DNA of 64,000 nucleotides from an uncultured Poribacteria bacterium (GTDB taxonomy: Bacteria; Poribacteria; WGA-4E; WGA-3G), in assembly GCA_958296135.2 (NCBI GenBank), contig CATQHZ020000001.1:2432001-2496000 (forward strand), in the 5' to 3' direction. Of this stretch, positions 1 to 9,444 are shown piece after piece. Each line of letters begins with the position of its first letter. The stretch's first letter is position 1. The notes under the pieces are model-generated. The model saw only the letters and a list, made by a program, of their open reading frames with translations. It was not told where the DNA came from and did no database searches. Made by a program: the position numbers and the translations under genes.

Positions 1-2
1 TA

Positions 3-368
3 CTCCACCGATTGCCTATCGCCACCGTGATGGCGGCCGCACTCTACCAACAGGCTAGTGAAAAACCGGCAGGAAACACTTTCATGCGGATATTAGGGCG
101 ACTGACTCCGCTGACAGCGGGACCGCTGGTAGGCGCAATCCTCGGAGAACAACTGCTCCACGGAATATTCAAAGAATTCACCGAATATCTGACCGCGTTC
201 GCCGCCGGCACCTTGCTGCACGTCGTGATGGACGCATTCCGAACGCGCAAGACTGCCGATGCCACGCGCGCAAACCGCGCCGCGAAAGTCGTGTTTATCA
301 TCGGATTTATCCTCACTTTTTGCGCTATCTACTTCTTTCAGGGGTTCGACCTTGAGCATCATCACTGA
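3..368 (+). CDS. ZIP-family metal transporter, C-terminal part (5'-truncated by window edge)
   Basis: Frame open from base 3 (LHRLPIA...). Hydrophobic helices, AFAAGTLLHV resembling a ZIP helix motif, ends HHH. Confidence 0.55.
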   Translation, partial: LHRLPIATVMAAALYQQASEKPAGNTFMRILGRLTPLTAGPLVGAILGEQLLHGIFKEFTEYLTAFAAGTLLHVVMDAFRTRKTADATRANRAAKVVFIIGFILTFCAIYFFQGFDLEHHH

Positions 369-2847
369 CATCAAGAATACCGGTGCTGTCCTCTTTTGCC
401 TATTGATACTCATCACACCCGTCCAAGGGGCTGACGTGCCACTCGTCGTAGCAGGGCAACCGCGTGCAACCTTGCAAATCGGATCCGATGCATCAGAACA
501 AGAACAGTTCGCCGCAGCCGAAATCCAAACCTTTATTGCACAATTCACCGAGGCTGAACTAGACATCCTCACGAATCGAGAACAGACAACAACACTGGCG
601 GTAATTGTGCTAGGCACACCTGAGTCAAATCCCACGGTCGCCGGGTTACAAGCAAACGCGGGCTTGACGTTAGCCGAAACCCTCGGTGACGAGGGATACC
701 GGCTGAAGACGATTGAATTCGGAACAGAAATCCTTTTCGTTATCACGGCGCACACGCCGCGCGGCGTGCTTTACGGCGCATACGGCTTCATTGAAGCGTG
801 CATCACTGCACTTACAGGGTTATCCCCTGTGCATTCGGAGGTGTCTGTCCCTCGTTCGCCCGCGTTACTCGTGCCGTTTTTGGATGAGACATCGCAACCT
901 TTCTATCCCGTGCGTGCTGTGCTAGAGATAGCCGAACCCAATTGGCTCGCGCGGCACCGGGTCAATATGAGCGGCGGCGAAGGTGTCTGGACCGGCACCG
1001 GAATCGAAGACGGATTTGGCACAGCGTTCAAATATGTGGACACCCCCGCGTTTGAAGCGTTGCAAGATGAACCGCGCGCGCAAAGGTTAGAACGCATCGA
1101 AACGCTACAAAATCGGTTCAAGGCACTCAAACAGCGCGGCATTGATGCATATCTGTTTATGTATGTCACCGGGGAACCGACAGAAGCACTCATTCGACAA
1201 AGACCGGAGGTGCTAGGCCCCGCCGTGCTTTACGGCTCAGCACGGAACGAGGTCTCATATCGGCCCTTCTGCTGGACAAAACCAGAATTCCATGTCCTCG
1301 CGAGGCAGTTAATTCAAGAGATTGTGAGAACCTATCCCGCGCTAGCAGGCTTCCACCTCCGTTCATGGGGACATGAAACACGCGCCTGCCATTGCCCCGA
1401 TTGCGGAGATCGGACAGAGCAGGGACAGGCGAAGTTGTGGCAGGTTTACTTTACAATCATTAACGCCGCACGGGAGGTGAGACCGGATTTCAAATTCTAC
1501 ATTTCGGGATACGATAGCAGCTGGCTGAAGGATGCCGCCGGAGTTTATGCGCAGCAACTGCCGAAAGGCACGATTTTCTCCCGAAAGTGGGGCGCGGACG
1601 GCGAACCGGTCGCCGATGCCGGCGTGCCGATTCCCCTGATGAACGCCCTCGGCGAAATGGGACACCGCTTCATCGTCCTCTCCCATGATGTCGAAGAGGT
1701 GATGCCGTTTTGGATGCTGGAGAGTGATCTGTTTGTGCAAGGCGTGCGGCAACTTGCCAACAACCCGAATGCCATCGGTTTAAGCGGGTTCACCGTGCAA
1801 GGCGCAACGCAGGGGTTAGGATACCTCGACAGACTCGTCAGCGCACGACTGAATTGGGATATTGAACTTGATCACTTTCAACTCCTCCGCAACGAACTGG
1901 TGGCGAGATACGGGACCGAAGCGGCCCCCCTTATTCTGAACGCGCTGCGCGTCAATGGCTGGAACATGGCGAGTTACTTTTCAGACTACGCAGGTTCACT
2001 CACCGTGGGAGGCACTTATGGCAGCGGTTCCGCAGCATTTGCAACGCGATTTTGGGCCCTCATCGGACCGCGGGTTGTAGAGGATACCCTCGCAATGCCG
2101 GACTTGGAGACAGCGAAAACTTCGGTGAACCGATTCACGTCACTCTTGGCACCGCAACAGCAGGCGGCAAACGAGATGCGCGCCGCAAGTGAGGTGGCAA
2201 ACTCGTTCAACCAGGAAGCCGCGGAAGATTTGCAAGACGCGGTTCACTTGATGGAATTGTGGGTGCAATTTTTTGAAAGCCGCGCGAAACTGGTCGAAGC
2301 AATAGCCCTCGGCTACGAGCCCGGCACCGACAGTGCTATCCGTGCTAAACTGACAAGCGCGCTTGAATTCTCAAAATCAATACAGCCGCACATCAGAGGA
2401 ATTAAGGAGTTTATACCGCTGTTCGGATATTCGCATCGGACCATTGAGGCAGAATTGCTGAGCACCTTAAACAGCGAAGCCGCGTGGCTGACCAGTTTTG
2501 ATTACCAGGTCTTGCGGAAGCACGAGGATAGTTTCTCACCGGAGGAAACGCCGCTCCGCCTATCGGCAGTGCATAACTATCCGAACCCCATGAAGCGGAA
2601 GACTACTTTCACTTATCAGTTGTCGGTGGACGCAGCCCAGGTTTCCATCGCCATCTACACCACATCGGGACGCAGAGTCGCTGTTTTGACCGGACTTCCT
2701 GTCAACGAAGGTTACAATGAGTTTTTGTGGGACGCACGAGATGCGGACGGCATGCCGCTTGCCAACGGTGTCTATTTCTACCGAATCCGCGCCCGCACCG
2801 AGGAAGAGCGAGTGGAGGCACTTCGCAGACTAGCGGTGTTAAGATAA
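352..2847 (+). CDS. Secreted glycoside-hydrolase-like protein with C-terminal NYPNP (FlgD/T9SS type A-like) domain
   Basis: ORF 259-2847; likely TTG start at 352 gives a signal peptide (...LLILITPVQGA). GH20/GH67-like N-domain (EGYRL...TPRGVLYGAYGF), CHCPDC motif, tail HNYPNP...WDARD...LANGVYFYRI. Confidence 0.7.
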   Translation: MSIITDIKNTGAVLFCLLILITPVQGADVPLVVAGQPRATLQIGSDASEQEQFAAAEIQTFIAQFTEAELDILTNREQTTTLAVIVLGTPESNPTVAGLQANAGLTLAETLGDEGYRLKTIEFGTEILFVITAHTPRGVLYGAYGFIEACITALTGLSPVHSEVSVPRSPALLVPFLDETSQPFYPVRAVLEIAEPNWLARHRVNMSGGEGVWTGTGIEDGFGTAFKYVDTPAFEALQDEPRAQRLERIETLQNRFKALKQRGIDAYLFMYVTGEPTEALIRQRPEVLGPAVLYGSARNEVSYRPFCWTKPEFHVLARQLIQEIVRTYPALAGFHLRSWGHETRACHCPDCGDRTEQGQAKLWQVYFTIINAAREVRPDFKFYISGYDSSWLKDAAGVYAQQLPKGTIFSRKWGADGEPVADAGVPIPLMNALGEMGHRFIVLSHDVEEVMPFWMLESDLFVQGVRQLANNPNAIGLSGFTVQGATQGLGYLDRLVSARLNWDIELDHFQLLRNELVARYGTEAAPLILNALRVNGWNMASYFSDYAGSLTVGGTYGSGSAAFATRFWALIGPRVVEDTLAMPDLETAKTSVNRFTSLLAPQQQAANEMRAASEVANSFNQEAAEDLQDAVHLMELWVQFFESRAKLVEAIALGYEPGTDSAIRAKLTSALEFSKSIQPHIRGIKEFIPLFGYSHRTIEAELLSTLNSEAAWLTSFDYQVLRKHEDSFSPEETPLRLSAVHNYPNPMKRKTTFTYQLSVDAAQVSIAIYTTSGRRVAVLTGLPVNEGYNEFLWDARDADGMPLANGVYFYRIRARTEEERVEALRRLAVLR

Positions 2848-2989
2848 CTGTTATTCAGATGCCTTCCGGCAGTTCGTAGATCAAGCAAACAGGTAGGAAT
2901 CGGGCGAGCCCTACCTACGAAGACAGGGAAACTGTAAGGGCGGATTGCTATATCCACCCGTAGAACCAAAAACAGAAGAACTCATAACA

Positions 2990-3214
2990 ATGGAACACCA
3001 AATCACGCTTGATATTCCACACGCTATTTACCAACGCGCTGAGCACCTTGCCAAGACGCAAGGGATACCGATTGAAAATGTCCTTGTCAATGTGTTGAAT
3101 GCACACTTGCCTATTGAAGATGAGGACAGACTTGCCTGTGTCACCGCAAGCGTTGAATCAACAACATGGTGGGATACCGAAGGCGATAAGGAGTGGGATG
3201 AATGGACCCCTTAA
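2990..3214 (+). CDS. Putative type II antitoxin (RHH/CopG-like)
   Basis: MEHQITLDIPHAIYQRAEHLAK N-terminus, acidic WWDTEGDKEWDEW tail, overlaps the downstream toxin remnant. Confidence 0.6.
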   Translation: MEHQITLDIPHAIYQRAEHLAKTQGIPIENVLVNVLNAHLPIEDEDRLACVTASVESTTWWDTEGDKEWDEWTP

Positions 3215-3475
3215 AACCGGCGGATGTGGTTATCGTCTGAAGATGCGATCCTCGGTGCAGTGACAACTAACCTGAGTCTTGCAACCACTCCCACGGATTA
3301 TTTGCTTGTCAATTGGAGAGCAGCCGGACTCCGACGGCCAAGCGCGTTTAGGGCTTTCCTTGTGACACTCCCACAACGGGAAATACGGGCAGTTATCGGA
3401 CACTTATCGGATGCAGGCCGCGAAGCAGTGGAAGAATGCGTCCGAAAAGCGATTGCCGTAACGCCTAGAAACTAG
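3202..3475 (+). pseudogene. PemK/MazF-family toxin with internal deletion and frameshift
   Basis: ATG 3202 MDPLKPADVVIV-stop; another frame continues DAILGAVTTN...TDYLLVNWRAAGLRRPSAFR...IGHLS. The KRRPAVV segment is absent. Confidence 0.7.
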
Positions 3476-3494
3476 CACTTAAAGGAGGCTAACA

Positions 3495-4598
3495 ATGCAC
3501 CGCGCATATCTATTCCTCATGCTATCACTCTTCCTCATCGGTTGTCAATCGCAAACGTTACAGGAACACCTCTTAGAACCGCCCCCGCCGCTTATCAATT
3601 TCGCCTTGAGCCGCAACGGCGCAACCGCGGTCGCCTCACAATCCGTATCCAATCATCGGCCGGAGGAGGTAATCGATGGCGACACCAATTCCGAGACATG
3701 GGACGAAGGCAGCGGCTGGGGATGCAGCTTGGCACATCTCCGCACCTCAGATCTGAACAAGCGTCCTTATGTGTTAGTGGAACTCGCTAAACCCGTTGAC
3801 ATCCGCCGCATCGTCGTCTGGACGATTGATGCGGAGCAATACCCGGCGACGCAGTTCGGGTTGAAAGACTACCGCATCGAGTATTGGCATGGCACCGGGT
3901 GGGGGTTAATTCCGTCCGGCGATACGAAAGATAAGCAGTATACGGCACGGAATAACACCAAAGGCACGCGCGTTCATGAAATTCAGCAACGTCTCATCGC
4001 ACAGAAGGTGCGGCTTGTCCCGGTTTCTTCAAACGATACCGTCCGCAATTATCAGCACATGGCGGGCAAACGTCCCGTTTACGAGGTGGAAGGCACTGCG
4101 CGGGTAATGGAACTAGAGATTTGGGGGTATGCCGCGCCGATAGTGCATACCCTCAGACAAATCGCGCAAGGCACGCCGCCAGAGGCCATCGGACAATCTG
4201 TGCCGATGGAAGAAGCGCGCGCGGGACAACAAACCGGCGAACCGACGATTGAGGATGCGATCCGCAGCGTGCTAAACCGATACGAATTCGGATATGATTC
4301 CGCAGACCTTGCGCAGGTGATGTCCTGTTTCTCGAATACGTATCTGTCCAATGGACGCACGTATCAGGATGTTCAAGCCAAGGCATCGCACTTTTTTGAG
4401 GCGCATCACCAGATCGACATGACGCTGTCAAACCTCGACATCCACCCCAATATCGCCGATGACACGGCAATCGTGACCGGCATTTACACATTGCAGCGCA
4501 CCCCGAAAGCGAACGGACAGGTTGAACAGACATCGGGGAAATTGACGTTAGTCTTGGCAAATGAGGATGAGACGTGGCGGATTATTCGCGCGGAGTAG
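3495..4598 (+). CDS. Lipoprotein with discoidin (F5/8 type C)-like and SnoaL/NTF2-like domains
   Basis: Lipobox LIGC; INFAL...GATAVAS...VIDGD discoidin-like start; C-terminal NTF2-like fold ending WRII. Confidence 0.7.
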   Translation: MHRAYLFLMLSLFLIGCQSQTLQEHLLEPPPPLINFALSRNGATAVASQSVSNHRPEEVIDGDTNSETWDEGSGWGCSLAHLRTSDLNKRPYVLVELAKPVDIRRIVVWTIDAEQYPATQFGLKDYRIEYWHGTGWGLIPSGDTKDKQYTARNNTKGTRVHEIQQRLIAQKVRLVPVSSNDTVRNYQHMAGKRPVYEVEGTARVMELEIWGYAAPIVHTLRQIAQGTPPEAIGQSVPMEEARAGQQTGEPTIEDAIRSVLNRYEFGYDSADLAQVMSCFSNTYLSNGRTYQDVQAKASHFFEAHHQIDMTLSNLDIHPNIADDTAIVTGIYTLQRTPKANGQVEQTSGKLTLVLANEDETWRIIRAE

Positions 4599-4637
4599 AG
4601 ACAAGGTTTGAGAGTGTGAAAGGCTGTCGTTTGCACC

Positions 4638-5167
4638 GTAGCGCGGGGGCCCGGCGAGCACGAATCGCCGAGGGTTACCCCCGCGAGCTTTCAACGACAC
4701 GGAAAACGCCCCTTTTACCGTAGCGCGAGGGCCGTCACGCCGAAACGCTATCATCTCTGCCGCCTCGCTGCAGAGATGTCCACTGTCCCTCGCGATCCCC
4801 CGACCGAAACCAAAACCGTCCGGGCCCTGGGCTTCGGCTGTTTTTTGATGCGACCGGTGCATGGCGAGGCACAAGACCGCGCCCTACGGTTTGAGCGGCA
4901 TTTTTAGTCCCCGTAGCGCGGGGGCCCGGCGATCACTAATCGCCGAGGGTTCCCCTCGCGATCCCCCGACCGACACGAAAACCGTCCGCAGCCCCGAGGC
5001 CGCGAACGTTTTTTGATGCGATCGGTGCATGGCGAGGCACAGGACCGCGCCCTACGGGCTGTGGGGCCGATTTGCTTCCGCTCATCGACACGAAAACCGT
5101 CCGGGCCCTGGGCTTCGGCTGTTTTTTGATGCGATCGAGCACGGCGAGGCACAGGACCGCGCCCTAC
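4638..5167. repeat. Array of GTAG...CTAC REPIN-like composite palindromic elements
   Basis: Repeated GTAGCGCGRGGGCC... and ...GGCGAGGCACARGACCGCGCCCTAC ends, homologous to 7955-8471. Confidence 0.85.
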
Positions 5168-5185
5168 GGGCCGCGGGGCGTTTTC

Positions 5186-7723
5186 CTATTTCCGAATTAC
5201 CATCTTCCGCGTCCCCGAGAAATCACCCGCGGACAGCGTGTAGAAATAGACACCGCTCGCCACGGGCTCTCCCTGCGCATTCCGGCCACCCCAATACGCG
5301 GCGCGGGCCTGAGCCTGATACACACCTGCAGGCATCTGTCCTAACGCCAGCGTGCAGACTAACTTTCCATCTGCCGCGTAGATGGAGAGCGTCACTTCCG
5401 CAGCCTTCGCCAACTGATACGGTATCCACGTTTCTGGGTTAAACGGATTCGGATAGTTGGCAAGCAACGCGGTTTGTTTCGGGACAGGGATGTCCCTCCT
5501 ATTGAGCGTGGCCAACAGCCGCTCCAGCACGGCGATGCCGCGTTGATACGCAGGGTTTGCGCGGTCCAGCCGTTGCGCCTGCCCGAGCCACTGTTGCACA
5601 TCCGCCGCCCGTAGGAGAGACCTCCCGGTCTCGATGCTCCCGGTCCCGATATGCCCCCGTGCGAACGCCGGCGCGCCGGCAGCCTCCCCAAACGCCGCTG
5701 CCACCAACACCAGATCCTGAATGTTGACAACGCCATCGCCGTTGACATCGGCCGGATTGTCTTCACTTGTCTGTCCGAACTGCGCGGCGACGCGCGTTAA
5801 ATCCAGAATGTCCACCACGCCATCGCCATTGAGATCTTCGGCGATGTGTTCCGGTGTGGGTGCAGACGGTGCGATGTCCCAGAGGAGCACGGTACCATCC
5901 CTACCCCCACTGGCAAGGGTGGTGCCATCCGGGCTAAACGCAATGCTAAAGACATAGCCGGTATGCCCGGCGAGGGTGTGCCGTGTCTCGCCGGTAGCAA
6001 CATCCCACAGACGGAGTGTGCCGTCCTCACTCCCACTGACAAGAGTGTGTCCATCCGGGCTGAACGCAACGCTAAAGACATAGCCGGTATGCCCAGCGAG
6101 GGTGCTTTGAAGTTCGCTGGTGGCGACATCCCACAGACGGAGTGTGCCGTCCTCACTCCCACTGACGAGGGTGGTGCCATCCGGGCTGAAAGCAAAACTC
6201 CTGGCAGCATTGAGGTCGGTGAGAGTGTTTTTGAGCGTGCCGGTGGCAACATCCCACAGACGGATGGTTTTGTCACCCAAACCCCCACCACTGGCGAGGG
6301 TGGTGCCATCCGGGTTGAACGCAACGCTATTGACACCGCTGGTATGCCCGGTGAGGGTGTGGCGTGTCTCGCCGGTGACGACATCCCACAGACGGATGGT
6401 TTTGTCATAACTCCCACTGGCGAGAGTGTGTCCCTCGGGGCTGAACGCAACGCTAGAGACACGCTCGGTATGCCCAGTGAGGGTGTGGCGTGTCTCGCCG
6501 GTGACGACATCCCACAAGCGGATTTCTGCCCAACTCCCACTGGCGAGGGTGGTGCCATCCGGGTTGAACGCAACGCTATAGACAGCACTGGTATGCCCGG
6601 TGAGGGTGTGGCGTGTCTCGCCGGTGGCGACATCCCACAAGCGGATGGTTTTGTCCCAACTCCCACTGGCGAGGGTGGTGCCATCCGGGCTGAAAGCAAC
6701 GCTCTCGACATCGACGGTATGCCCGGAGAAGGTGTGGTGTGTCTCGCCGGTGGCAACATCCCACAGACGGATGGTCCCGTCCCCCCAACTCTCACTGGCG
6801 AGGGTGCGGCCATCCGGGCTGAACGCAACGCTAAAGACCCAGTCGGTATGGCCGGTGAGGGTGTGGCGTGTGTCGCCGGTGGCGACATCCCACAAGCGGA
6901 TGGTTTTGTCCCCACTTCCACTGGCGAGGGTGCGGCCATCCGGGCTGAAAGCAACGCTAAAGACATCGCGGGTATGGCCGGTGAGGGTGTGGCGTGTGTC
7001 GCCGGTGGCGACATCCCACAGCCTGATGATGCCATCCCCACTTCCACTAGCGAGGGTGCGGCCATCCGGGCTGAAAGCAACGCTCCAGACCCAGCGGGTA
7101 TGGCCGGTGAGGGTGTGGCGTGTGTCGCCGGTGGCGACATCCCACAGCCTGATGATGCCATCTCCACTTCCACTGGCGAGGGTGGTGCCATCCGGGCTGA
7201 AAGCAACGCTAGAGACACCGCGGATATGTCCAGTGAGGATGTTTAGTGTGTCGCCGGTGGCGACATCCCACAGACGGAGGGTGTCATCCCGACTCCCACT
7301 GGCGAGGGTGCGGCCATCCGGGCTGAACGCAACGCTAAAGACATCGACGGTATGCCCAGTGAGGGTGTTTTTGAGCGTGCCGGTGTTGACATCCCACAGC
7401 CTGATGATGCCGCCCCAACTCCCACTGGCGAGGGTGGTGCCATCCGGGTTGAACGCAACGCTCCTGACAGAGCCGGTATGCCCAGTGAGCAGTGCCATTT
7501 CTTGGTAAGTTGCAGTATCGTAGAGCCAAATCCCGATGGAACTTGCAACCGCAAGCAGGGTGCCATCGGGAGAATACGCAATCTCATTAATGTAGCCTTT
7601 GCCGAGGCGCATTGTGGCACCTTCGGGTAATTCCCACCGCTGGTAATCTTGGGCGGTGGCGGGTGTCAACGCCATCGTGGCAGTTAATAATAGGGTTAAG
7701 GTTAAAAGCGTTAGTGTTTTCAT
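5186..7723 (-). CDS. Secreted WD40-repeat protein (about 14 blades) with dockerin-like EF-hand pair and NYPNPFNPETW C-terminal domain
   Basis: Signal peptide; repeats GHT..V.SVAFSPDG.TLASGS.D.TIRLWD; DLNGDGVVDILDL and DVNGDGVVNIQDL; ANYPNPFNPETWIPYQL...ASGVYFYTL. Confidence 0.92.
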   Translation of the reverse strand: MKTLTLLTLTLLLTATMALTPATAQDYQRWELPEGATMRLGKGYINEIAYSPDGTLLAVASSIGIWLYDTATYQEMALLTGHTGSVRSVAFNPDGTTLASGSWGGIIRLWDVNTGTLKNTLTGHTVDVFSVAFSPDGRTLASGSRDDTLRLWDVATGDTLNILTGHIRGVSSVAFSPDGTTLASGSGDGIIRLWDVATGDTRHTLTGHTRWVWSVAFSPDGRTLASGSGDGIIRLWDVATGDTRHTLTGHTRDVFSVAFSPDGRTLASGSGDKTIRLWDVATGDTRHTLTGHTDWVFSVAFSPDGRTLASESWGDGTIRLWDVATGETHHTFSGHTVDVESVAFSPDGTTLASGSWDKTIRLWDVATGETRHTLTGHTSAVYSVAFNPDGTTLASGSWAEIRLWDVVTGETRHTLTGHTERVSSVAFSPEGHTLASGSYDKTIRLWDVVTGETRHTLTGHTSGVNSVAFNPDGTTLASGGGLGDKTIRLWDVATGTLKNTLTDLNAARSFAFSPDGTTLVSGSEDGTLRLWDVATSELQSTLAGHTGYVFSVAFSPDGHTLVSGSEDGTLRLWDVATGETRHTLAGHTGYVFSIAFSPDGTTLASGGRDGTVLLWDIAPSAPTPEHIAEDLNGDGVVDILDLTRVAAQFGQTSEDNPADVNGDGVVNIQDLVLVAAAFGEAAGAPAFARGHIGTGSIETGRSLLRAADVQQWLGQAQRLDRANPAYQRGIAVLERLLATLNRRDIPVPKQTALLANYPNPFNPETWIPYQLAKAAEVTLSIYAADGKLVCTLALGQMPAGVYQAQARAAYWGGRNAQGEPVASGVYFYTLSAGDFSGTRKMVIRK

Positions 7724-7740
7724 CGGAATTCTCCTGTTGC

Positions 7741-7836
7741 GTATCGGGATAGGGATGTTCCTCGTACTGAAGAGTATCGGGACAGGGATGTCCCTCCTAC
7801 TGAAGAGTATCGGGACAGGGATGTCCCTCCTACTGA
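7741..7836. repeat. 33-bp tandem repeat x3 of a REP-like palindrome in the WD40 gene leader
   Basis: GTATCGGGACAGGGATGTCCCTCCTACTGAAGA units at 7741, 7774 and 7807 (first copy slightly diverged). Confidence 0.9.
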
Positions 7837-7887
7837 GTTGTGGGCGGGCTTGTGTGTCTGTCCGTGTGTTCGTCTCATATTAGAAAT

Positions 7888-7916
7888 ATTGTAGCAAATG
7901 CCGCGTTCTCTGTCAA
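7888..7916 (-). promoter_or_regulatory. sigma70-type promoter for the WD40 gene
   Basis: TTGACA-17nt-TACAAT on the minus strand. Confidence 0.7.
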
Positions 7917-7954
7917 CGTATTTTCCAGAAAAATCGAAAACCGCCACTTCCACC

Positions 7955-8471
7955 GTAGCGCGAGGGCCCGGCGAGCGCGAATCGCCGAGCGTTCCCCTCG
8001 CGATCTCCCAACCTGAACGGAAAACCCCCGCAACCCCGAGGCCGCGAACGCTTTCTGATGCGATCGATGCCCGGCGAGGGACAGGACCGCGCCCTACGGG
8101 CCGCGGAACCGATTTGCCTCTCACTACCGTAGCGCGAGGGAAAACCCGGCGAGCGCGAATCGCCGAGCGTTCCCCTCGCGATCTCCCAACGAAACGAAAA
8201 ACAGCCGCAACCCAGAAGCCGCGAACGCTTTCTGATGCGATCGATGCCCGGCGAGGGACAGGACCGCGCCCTACGGGCCGCGGGGCCGATTTGCCACTTA
8301 TTACCGTAGCGCGGGGGCCGTTACGGTCACGTCTACAGCAAACGTGCGTGTGTCGCCTCGCGAAAGCACGCTACCTTACTTTAACTTTGTCATCTCTGAA
8401 GCCTCGCTGCAGAGATGTCCACTGTCCCCCGCGATCGACCCAACTCGGCGAGGCACAAGACCGCGCCCTAC
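7955..8471. repeat. Three tandem GTAG...CTAC REPIN-like elements (7955-8097, 8129-8274, 8306-8471)
   Basis: Each begins GTAGCGCG and ends GACCGCGCCCTAC; the first two share near-identical interiors. Confidence 0.88.
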
Positions 8472-8507
8472 GGTAAGGGAAAGCAATATCGGAAAAAATC
8501 AAACGGT

Positions 8508-8536
8508 TTGACAACATTTCCACAATCGGCTATAAT
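8508..8536 (+). promoter_or_regulatory. Consensus sigma70 promoter
   Basis: TTGACA-17nt-TATAAT, 35 nt upstream of ATG 8572. Confidence 0.8.
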
Positions 8537-8571
8537 TCTGCATACCATAACGCCTGAAAGGAAAGTGAGCG

Positions 8572-9399
8572 ATGCAAACCCACGAACACCCAAACCCCTG
8601 GGTCCAATCATACATCAACAACGGCTACCTGATGCTACCAGATATCGTCACACCCGAAGAATGTGACGAACTTAAGGCAGAAATGCTGAAGATTTTTCGC
8701 GGCGACTACGCATGCGAAGCGATTCCGCCAATGCCAGAAACCGCCAGCGAAACCCAAGTCCTCGACAGGATTATGTGCGTCGGCGAACCGCACGCGTTCA
8801 GCCCCCTCGTGCGCAGTTACGTTGAGCACCCTAAAATTTGTGAGGTGCTCCGAGAAATCGTCGGCGCGCACATCCCGTTCTGGGACAGCGGCGTGAAGTG
8901 CATGCAATCGATGATGCTCAGCAAAGTGCCGGGACACACCGGCAACCCATGGCATCAAGACGAACACCCCATCCCGACACGCGACCGGTCACTCATCGGG
9001 GTCTGGATTACGCTGGACGATGCCACGCTCGAGAACGGCTGCCTCTGGGTGCTACCGAATAGCCATCGCGCCGGGATAATTTACGACCGGTTCCCGCACA
9101 ACAAACGCGACGAATTTGATAGTTGTCACGAGGCTCGCGGTTTCGATGACAGCCCCGAGATTCCAATTGAGATGAAGGCAGGAAGTGTCCTCTTCTTCAA
9201 CGGCTACCTTTTACACAGGTCCAAAAAGAATCGGAGCAACACATTTCGCCGTATTCTGGTGAGCCATTACTGCTCAACGGCCTCGTGGTTAGGATGGAAG
9301 GGGCAGCGGAATTATCGCGGTATCGTCACCGTCGCGGGCGAAGATCCGTATGCGGACGAGGGAACTGTTACGCCGAACGTTTGGGCACGCTGGGAGTGA
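8572..9399 (+). CDS. Phytanoyl-CoA dioxygenase (PhyH) family Fe(II)/2OG oxygenase
   Basis: PWHQD, WITLDDATLENGCLWVLPNSH, LLHRS motifs. Confidence 0.9.
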   Translation: MQTHEHPNPWVQSYINNGYLMLPDIVTPEECDELKAEMLKIFRGDYACEAIPPMPETASETQVLDRIMCVGEPHAFSPLVRSYVEHPKICEVLREIVGAHIPFWDSGVKCMQSMMLSKVPGHTGNPWHQDEHPIPTRDRSLIGVWITLDDATLENGCLWVLPNSHRAGIIYDRFPHNKRDEFDSCHEARGFDDSPEIPIEMKAGSVLFFNGYLLHRSKKNRSNTFRRILVSHYCSTASWLGWKGQRNYRGIVTVAGEDPYADEGTVTPNVWARWE

Positions 9400-9444
9400 G
9401 GAAGATGAGGTCGAGCTCGGGCGAGCTCGACCTACGTAACCTGA

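Noticed and set aside
3238-3240. TGA in the toxin remnant as a third selenocysteine codon
   Set aside because: Toxin homology continues in a different frame, and I saw no SECIS-like hairpin at the 13-nt position.
5797-7508. Long alternative-frame and antisense ORFs over the WD40 gene
   Set aside because: By-product of a stop-free repeated 126-bp unit; no RBS or recognisable domain.
4638-8471. Repeat arrays as CRISPR (also 27520-27700, 27967-28106, 53921-54097)
   Set aside because: Units are head-to-tail or joined by homologous sequence with no unique spacers, and no cas genes are present. They match dispersed GTAG REPs.
7720-8476. ORFs 7720-8124 and 7898-8476 (and those at 4548-5442)
   Set aside because: Translations of REP/REPIN arrays that cross clear promoters.
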